Of a stretch of DNA of 64,000 nucleotides, positions 55,843 through 64,000 are shown in pieces (within the stretch, counting starts at the first letter, position 1; each line of letters begins with the position of its first letter). The notes under the pieces were generated by a model. It searched no databases, was not told the origin of the DNA, and worked only from the letters and a program-made list of their open reading frames with translations. Origin of the DNA: Octopus vulgaris (Eukaryota); the NCBI GenBank assembly GCA_951406725.2, contig OX597819.1, positions 75,702,001 through 75,766,000 of the forward strand, in the 5' to 3' direction. A program made the position numbers and the translations under genes.

Positions 55843-56339
55843 TACGTTTTCATTATTTAAGTCGTCGTTGTTTTTATTATTTACATTGGCGTTTCCACTA
55901 CTTTGAAATTTTGGGCCTTAAATATTTTGTTTGAAACTGTGCGTTAGTTTAATTTCCATATTGCCTGGTTTTTTAGTCTTTGTTTTCGTATATGAAAAAT
56001 AATTTGGGAGCGTTTGAATTGATACTATCATTGTGATTTATTCTTTTGTTGCAACAACTGATGTAGCCAATTTGAAATACTGACAGTATTGCAGATGGTC
56101 GTTTGGTAATAATGTATATAGTAGAAGAAAATTTTCACAAAACTTTTTCCAACTCACAAAAATAGGATGGAGGTTAAATATTCAAAAAAACTCTTTTGTT
56201 ATTCAGAACAGAAAAAAGAAGCAGAAAAAATAATTTTTCTTTCATCTTGTAAAATGGTGAAGAAATCAACTTCCATGGGGAGCTCTGTTTATGCATGCGA
56301 TCACATTAAACAGCAGCAACCATGTCGATAACGACGACG

Positions 56340-56782
56340 ATGACCAACATCACCACCACCACCACCATCACCGCCGCTGCCACCGCTGCCACCGCTGCCG
56401 CCGCTGCCACCGCTACCGCCGCTGCCGCCGCTGCCGCCGCTGCCGCCGCTGCCGCCGCTGCCGCCGCTGCCGCCGCTGCCGCCGCTGCCGCCGCTGCCGC
56501 CGCTGCCGCCGCTACCGCCGCTGCCGCCGCTGCCGCCGCTGCCGCCGCTGCCGCCGCTGCCGCCGCTACCGCTGCTACCGCCGCTGCCGACGCTACCGCC
56601 GTTACCGCCACTGCCGCCGCTGCCGCCGGTGCCGCCACCACCACCACCGCCGCCGCCGCCGCCGCCCCCACCACCACCACCACCACCCCCACCCCCACCA
56701 CCACCACCACCACCACCACCACCACCATCACCGCCGCCGCCGCCACTACCACCACCACCACCACCACCACAACAACAACAAC
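56340..56782. repeat. GC-rich compound repeat (CAC)n-(GCCGCCGCT)n-(CAC)n
   Basis: Direct reading; 9-bp unit GCCGCCGCT in the centre. Confidence 0.95.
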
Positions 56783-58497
56783 AGTTTCAGCTGGTGCTGT
56801 GGTTGTATTCATTGAGCCCAAAATAATGAATAAGGAATTCTTTTGTTATTTTTAAATCTTCGCAGTTTTGCCTTTGGCGGGAAACATGCCTTATTTTATC
56901 CTTACATTATTTAGAAAACGTGACACACCTTTTAGATGTATGTCTGTTTAACGATTGAATATGGTAATAGAAATCAGAGAGAGAATAAAGCGGAATACTA
57001 TGCAAAGTAAATACATAGAGTCAGTCAGTTTAACAGACGTGTCGAAAATATTTTCTTCTTTCAATTGTTGGTCTTAGTTTCTTTCAATATTTTAAAGTTT
57101 CCTCTATCTCACGCACATACGTATATATTTTAATATATAACACAAATACACAATGCACACAGATATATACACAAATACAAGCACGCATCTTTATGCACAA
57201 AGTTACATATATATATATTCTTTCATCGGTTTCATTTCAACGCTGCCGCCATGCTGGAGCACCGCCAAGCAGGAAACTAGTACACGAACGAAGCTTTAGA
57301 TGTAATAGCTGAAACAAATTAAAGAACAACGCATAGCTATACAGACGTTTTTGTAAAAATTCGGTCCTACATTTGAACATATGCTTGCATAAATGGTTGA
57401 TTAGCATTTTAACTAATTTGATGTTGAGATGTTCAAAGAATACAATGAAGCGTCTGTTTATTTTTTTGGAAGAATTAGGTTTAAGTAATTAGAGCCAGAT
57501 AATTGTATTAGTATAATGACTTGTATATTCGTTTGCGCTTTAAAATTTTTTTCCATTTTCCATCGTTTTCTGAGCTGAATGTGATTTTAGCTATAGTCGA
57601 TTAAAAAGATATGTTAACCAAATATTAAAAGTATGTTAACCAAATGTTGGTCCTCACTTTGATGATACGAAGCAATTTTTTTTTATTCTTTTTCATGATT
57701 CGGAGTTTTCTTTATTCGTTGAAACATATTTCTTAAACAGCTGCATTTGATGTATATTTTCTAAAATCACACGAAGACTGTTAAATTTGCGTTTAATAAT
57801 CTCTTTCATGAAATGTGAACAACATTTATCGTCCAACTACGCCCTGGTTACTGAAAAGATTCTATGTAACTGTTTGAAAGTCTGTTATTAGCCAATTGTT
57901 ATTCACTTCAGTTTTTTCACTTCTGTTTGAAGTCACGGTCATGTGGGTTTGTTGTGTTTGATTGACACTGACATCAGTCATCACTCGGTCATCGTGAATC
58001 GCTTTCATGTTCCCTTTCCTTTCGTTTATTTATGATGGTAGTCTCCCGAAGTCCGAGAAAGACTTCTTGCTGAACATCATACACAAATGATTTGTTTATA
58101 GTGATCCAATATTTGTATAAACAAATCTGCAATGTTTGTTCTGTATCATACGATTGACTACACGAATTCATGCTTTTCTCTGACGAGTGGATGTATTGCC
58201 TAATAATGATTATCAATTCTGGATTTCATTTCGTAGGGTAGTACATTCATGAAACGATCGTAAGATATCTGAAACCTTTTAAATAATCATTCTTTATATA
58301 GTTATCTATTAATACAATATTATTTTGGATACATATCTTCTGCGATTTTTTGATGAAATTTTTCTTGCCCTTACTTTATAATGTATTATCGCTCTTATTA
58401 AATGTCTAAACACCTTTAAGGCTTTAGACATTTCCCTACCAAAAGTACTCACTCGAAATCCAGTATACTGTATTGTCATTGAATATATTTCATTAAC

Positions 58498-58584
58498 TAT
58501 ATATAGTTTCTCCTATGTATATATAAGTTTCTCCTATGTATATATAAGTTTCTCCTATCTATATATAAGTTTCTCCTATCTATA
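58498..58584. repeat. 21-bp minisatellite x4
   Basis: Unit TATATATAAGTTTCTCCTATS. Confidence 0.92.
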
Positions 58585-59562
58585 TTCCTGGGAGGTTAGT
58601 AGATGTTCATTCTTTACCATTTATACAGTCTATAGAATTTCTAAATTTTTGAACTTTACGGTTGATACAAATGTTTTTGGCACAATTTCGCAGCCATTTT
58701 CGTGCGTGGCCTTGTCATAAGAGTAGAAATTATGAGTCACTTGCTTGATAAATTCTTCTCCAAATTACATTATGTCGAGACAACACTTTGTTTTCCTACC
58801 TAAATTATTATAACCATGACTTACTATAGAAAGCAAAAAATATTAATATCTGATGCCATATTTGGCGCTTACTTCAGTTTCATATGACTTCTTTGAGTAG
58901 CTGCAATCAAAATTCTCCTCAACATGCTGCACAAGAAATTTTTGCTCGTTATTAGCATTGGCAAATCCTCAGTTTCATGTTGTAGGTATCTACAAATAAC
59001 TCAATGTAGCTGAGTTGGCTTCTTCTTGCATTAGGGCGTAGAAGTTTTCAAAATATCTCAAAATCGCTGAAAACGTTTCATGGCGTGAGAACAAAACTTA
59101 AAACATAACTCATGGAGACATCTCACACATCTCAAGTATTGCTGCTTAATGCAATATAGATTTTGCTGGAGGCTACATTTTTACTGAACACCAGACCAGA
59201 TTATATCGGATGTAGAGAAAGAAGAAAAATAACTAAGGTGTTTATAACATTCCTTTGTAGACTTTCTTTCATTTGTGCGGGACGTACATTGTCTAATTCA
59301 TAAATTCTTAAGTATATGTAAAACTCCCTATAGTCTTTCCTTTCGTTTATTTATAGTTATTTAAGTTCTCTTATATATATTTTCTGATGATAATATTTCT
59401 AATTTTTTTATTAATTTTTCTCTCTTGGATATATATCTTTGGCATATTTTTTCAAACTAGGTTTCATAGCAGTTAATTTACTGTAGTAAGATTTCCTGTT
59501 GTTTATAACCAGTAGTATACTGCTGGAGATGGTTGGTTGTCATTCTTTAGCATATATATTCA

Positions 59563-59790
59563 CGAGGAGGTGCTGAAAGTTCCTAGCTTTAAGGGTATCA
59601 GGGTATCGCGAAAGGCCTTGTTGGAAGCCCAACCTTCCGAGTTCTTTGACAGAGCTTAAAAACACTACTGAAACACTACCGAGGGACCGTTTCTGAATCT
59701 GAGAGGGGAATATGTTGAATAAAATCAAAATTAACTGATCCTTCTGTATTTTCTTTTACCTAAAGCCAGGAATTTTTCTGCAACCCCTCA
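59563..59790 (+). mobile_element. Mariner-derived MITE with imperfect ~29-bp TIRs
   Basis: CGAGGAGGTGCTGAAAGTTCCTAGCTTTA / TAAAGCCAGGAATTTTTCTGCAACCCCTCA|TA; internal LEAQPSEFF..LRGEYVE* remnant. Confidence 0.75.
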
Positions 59791-61607
59791 TATATCTTTG
59801 TAAAAGAAATCCAGCTAATGGAAAAAATACGATATGAGTTGAGAGAGTAATGAGTTTCTGTTGAACAGAAGTTGCAATTAATATGTCCGGTACGACACGA
59901 ACCATTTCACTTCTCTTAGTAAATAACCGAGAAATATTTCAGTCCCAAGTCACGAATTTTATCTTCAGAGTGTTGATTAATGGTGTTAGCGCTAAAGAGA
60001 AAAAGTATAGAAAAAGGGTATTCACTGACATATTTCTCTTCTTGCAAGTTTCATTTTTACAATGCCCTGTTTTTTGGCCTTTTATCTACTAATTGCTTGT
60101 TTTATGCATCCACTTAGTATTAATGCTACGTGAAGATATTTTCAGAATTCACATTTGGGGAATAAAAAAAAAAAGACTTCATAAAGAATTTATGATATGA
60201 TCAGAACCTTCTTTCTCTCACATTCCTCTCTCATAGTTATGGCTCGCCCAGGAGATATTTTTCAATCATATGAACACTTACAGCGTCTTTTCTGTTTTGC
60301 TGGAGGCATTTATGTTTGCGATGGTATTTTGTGTTAAAGCTTCATATTCCAAACAGGCAGAAGGTTATGGGTTTGTAGATTTTGGAATTTGATGTCTCTT
60401 TTGCGTAATAAATATTTGTTTTTACCTCGATCATTCAATAATTATCTCTGATCTTATAAACAAAACAAAGTTTTGTCAGAAGCTTGCAGCCAAAATTTTA
60501 GCCTCATATATTTCAAAGCGCTTTGTATTCTTTTTCTATATTATGTGGTATTTGATCTACTTCTAAGATTGTTATTTGTTTGCAGGATTACTGTTATCTT
60601 GCGTTTGATGTTTATAATATTCTCGTCTTTATTACACATCCAAAATTTATTTCACTTGATGTTAAATCTCTATTGGATTTTCTTTTGTTTTCATCTAGTT
60701 CTTTGTAACATCATCTTGACTTGGTGACAAATTATGTGCTTTGTTCAAAACGTTAGCGTCACTTTTCATAACGAAGGAGTTTTTTGTGATCAAGGACTTC
60801 TTGTCTTAAGAACTCTTCGATTGCGGGTTTTTTTCTATTGTAAGTTGCCTTTCTTTCTTCAGCTCATTTGTAACCTGAGCTCATTAATGAATGAAAGATC
60901 TCTTGGTTTCTTCTCTCAATTTTCCCCCTCTCCCTTTCGCCTTCTCTGCCTATTGTTTTCCTCGCTGTTTAGGTTTAAATGTTCCTAAACGAGATGGTTT
61001 GAAAAAAAAATTATTTTATCCGACTAGTGCGGCCGCTGCATTGATGAGTTCCATTGATAAGCAATTCTATTTTCAGTTTGTTTATAATGGTGCAATTCTC
61101 TCCCGTCGTTTCTTCTTAGACTGGAGATTCTATTGAAAGATTTATAAATATTAATGCTTTCAATATTCCCACCTTTACATTAGTGCAAAATTAAAAATTT
61201 ACAATTTGTTTCTACTCTTATATCTTTCTAATGTTCCCTTATGCTGACATTTTCGTCGGAGCATTTCTGGTTTGACTTTTGTTGGTTGATATACTATACG
61301 TATGCTGATGTTCTATCTTATTGTTATTAGTAATTTCTTTCGTTTGTTTTCTTTGCACTCGGTGTATCTTCAATATTTTTATGGTAAATGTTCAAAGTTT
61401 TATTGTCTTATTTTCATTTATCGTTTTAGTTGGCTGGTGATTATACTTCGTATTTGTTACATGAATGGTGATATACTTTATAGTGAGGTGTAATGATTCT
61501 TTTGAGTGTTGTACATTATCGAGATGGCAGTTATATAGAGTGTGAACTGCGTTAATCAATGTTGATGTTTCGGATGTGCTATAATATCAGGTGCCAATAG
61601 CACAACA

Positions 61608-61915
61608 TGGAGGCGCAATGGCCCAGTGGTTAGCGCAGCGGACTCGCGGTCGGAGGATCACCGTTTCGAGTCCCAGAGCGGGCGATGTGTGTGTTTATTG
61701 AACGAAAACACCAAAAACTTCCACGAGGCTCCGGCAGGGGGTGGTGGAGATCCCTGTTGTACTCTTTCACCACAACTTTCTCTCACTCTCTCTTCCTGTT
61801 TCTTGAGTAACGCTGCGATGGACTGGCGTTCCGTCTAGCTGGTGGGGAACACATACGCCACAGAAACCGGGAAACTGGGCCCATGAGCCTGGCTAGGCTT
61901 GAAAAGGGCGAAGAA
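61608..61915 (+). mobile_element. SINE family B head with a third type of tail, 12-bp TSD
   Basis: TSD AATAGCACAACA at 61596-61607 and 61916-61927; head matches the 8575 and 19076 copies. Confidence 0.92.
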
Positions 61916-62374
61916 AATAGCACAACAATGTTATATTGGTTAATGATTCTGTACAGTATGTGTAGTGTGAGCTATGTCTAGGAGACCTATTGTTCGGATT
62001 ACTTAGACTCGTAAGCCCTACATATCTTTATCAATGTCCTTCCTCGTCATTGATCTTCTTCATCATTAATTGGTAGTGTTTTCGCTTTCATAATATACAT
62101 CCAATTTATTTCAATTTTAGCGTCCTTATCCTTGGACAACTTCTTGGTGTCTTTCCGGACGATGTTTTGGTCAGAAGGGATCGAGGTGCGCATCAAAGTA
62201 TGGAGACTACCGTTCCTATGTTTGATAAGTATATCTCGATGGTTCTACCCAGCTATCCTTGTCAGTCTAGATAGACATATCTCAAATTATAATAGCTTAA
62301 TCGTTAGGTCAAAATATCGGCATATTGTTCCATTAATATAACTGCCAACCCATATCAGTCTGTATACGCATACG

Positions 62375-62870
<496 letters not shown>

Positions 62871-63895
62871 ACTTACTTTGATAGGTTTCGGCCATTATTG
62901 GCCCAGGCCATGTCTAACTTAATAGCACCACCTGGTGAAGTCTTTCAAGTCAGAATTTGGGCACTATGGCCCACTCAAGTAGAGAGTTATTGTTTACAGA
63001 GACATATCCGGGTGTAGGGGGTTTATCCGGGATTTCTTGAAGGAATCTGTCCAAAGACTTCTTGAACCCTATAGGGTCAGTTTCTGTTTTAATGTGTTTT
63101 GGTGTAATGTTAAAGAGAGCGGGGCCAATTGAGGTGAAATAATTGTGCCGTATTGTTGTTATGAGATGAGAGTGCGATTTTTGTTTTGGGCGGATGGCAC
63201 GGGGCCCAAGCCTTGGATGTACCTTAAAGGTGATGCCAACATCATTTGGGCAATGCTGATGGAATATTTTCCACATCATGCAGATGATGTAGCGCTCACG
63301 ACGACGTTGGAGAGAATAGAGTTTTAGCTTTTCTAGTCGACCCCAATAGTCGAGGCCTGTCATGCCATCTATCTTTTTTGTGATTGCCCTTTGAGGTGCT
63401 TCGACTTTTTTGATACCTTGTATTGTGTGGGGAGACCACAGTGGACAACAGTATTCAAGGTGGGGTCGGGCAAAAGTGGAGAAGAGAAGGATAATGGTGT
63501 GGATATCTCTCGACTGGAAAGTTCTGAGAATCCAGGAACACATTCTGCGGGCCATGTCAACTTTGGTGTTTATATGAGTGGCCCAGCTTACGTTGTTGTC
63601 CACAATTACTCCCAAGTCTCTGATGTTGTTGGACGCCGCGAGAATTTCACCTGAAGGAAGGGAGTATGGGAGTTTCAGGGCATCCTCTTTTCCAAAGTGG
63701 ATTAGCTCAAATTTATCCTCGTTCAGCAGCATATTGTTTTTTTCTGCCCATTGGATAACAGCCAGTAGATCTGACTGAAGGCATGTCCGGTCACTCGCCT
63801 CATTTATGACCTTCTGTATCTTGGAGTCATCTGCAAAGATTTTTATGTTGCTGTGCTTGATGATGTCATTAATGTCATTAATGTAAATGATGAAA
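62871..63895 (-). mobile_element. 5'-truncated CR1-group LINE inserted in (TA)n, 3' end AAGTAAGT
   Basis: Open RT frame plus ~80-bp 3' UTR; (TA)n on both sides. Confidence 0.93.
62950..63894 (-). CDS. C-terminal 314 aa of LINE ORF2 reverse transcriptase (no true start; truncated)
   Basis: Frame extends 54 codons upstream of the listed ORF: FIIYIND..KIFADDSK..LQSDL..W..N.M.LN..K, then RDLGVIVD, RPHLEYCCPLWSP, LKLYSLQRRRER; no stops. Confidence 0.9.
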   Translation of the reverse strand, partial: FIIYINDINDIIKHSNIKIFADDSKIQKVINEASDRTCLQSDLLAVIQWAEKNNMLLNEDKFELIHFGKEDALKLPYSLPSGEILAASNNIRDLGVIVDNNVSWATHINTKVDMARRMCSWILRTFQSRDIHTIILLFSTFARPHLEYCCPLWSPHTIQGIKKVEAPQRAITKKIDGMTGLDYWGRLEKLKLYSLQRRRERYIICMMWKIFHQHCPNDVGITFKVHPRLGPRAIRPKQKSHSHLITTIRHNYFTSIGPALFNITPKHIKTETDPIGFKKSLDRFLQEIPDKPPTPGYVSVNNNSLLEWAIVPKF

Positions 63896-63913
63896 ATATA
63901 TATATATTATATA

Positions 63914-63997
<84 letters not shown>

Positions 63998-64000
63998 TAT

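Noticed and set aside
56291-56855. Poly-Ala/Thr, RRC-repeat and poly-Pro ORFs
   Set aside because: Open in several frames because of the GCC/CAC repeat; no unique coding flank.
57300-61500. 4-kb microsatellite-poor AT-rich stretch as a decayed large element or gene
   Set aside because: No long ORF or recognisable motif by eye; needs BLASTx/Dfam.

Overview
AT-rich eukaryotic non-coding DNA, very dense in microsatellites. The SINE families and the (TA)n/(TATC)n/(CATA)n/(TAA)n content suggest a cephalopod (octopus-like) genome; this is inference from memory, not a search. I cannot confidently support any host gene. Almost all listed ORFs are translations of simple repeats. Recognisable content: a full-length but frameshifted DD34D mariner (25755-27040), an internally deleted DD37D maT element, pogo/Tigger and LINE RT relics, a 5'-truncated CR1-type LINE with an open RT C-terminal frame (62950-63894, minus), R4/Dong-type fragments mostly beside (TAA)n, a non-autonomous Helitron, and several tRNA-derived SINE families, some multimeric or with swapped tails. 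The most notable signal is a set of minimal type-I hammerhead ribozyme motifs, mostly with a CCGANGA core and a palindromic stem III, in unrelated inserts next to microsatellites. One lies in each unit of a near-perfect 493-bp tandem array (31814-33176) whose architecture matches a non-LTR retrozyme / Penelope-like repeat that could yield 493-nt (circular) RNAs.
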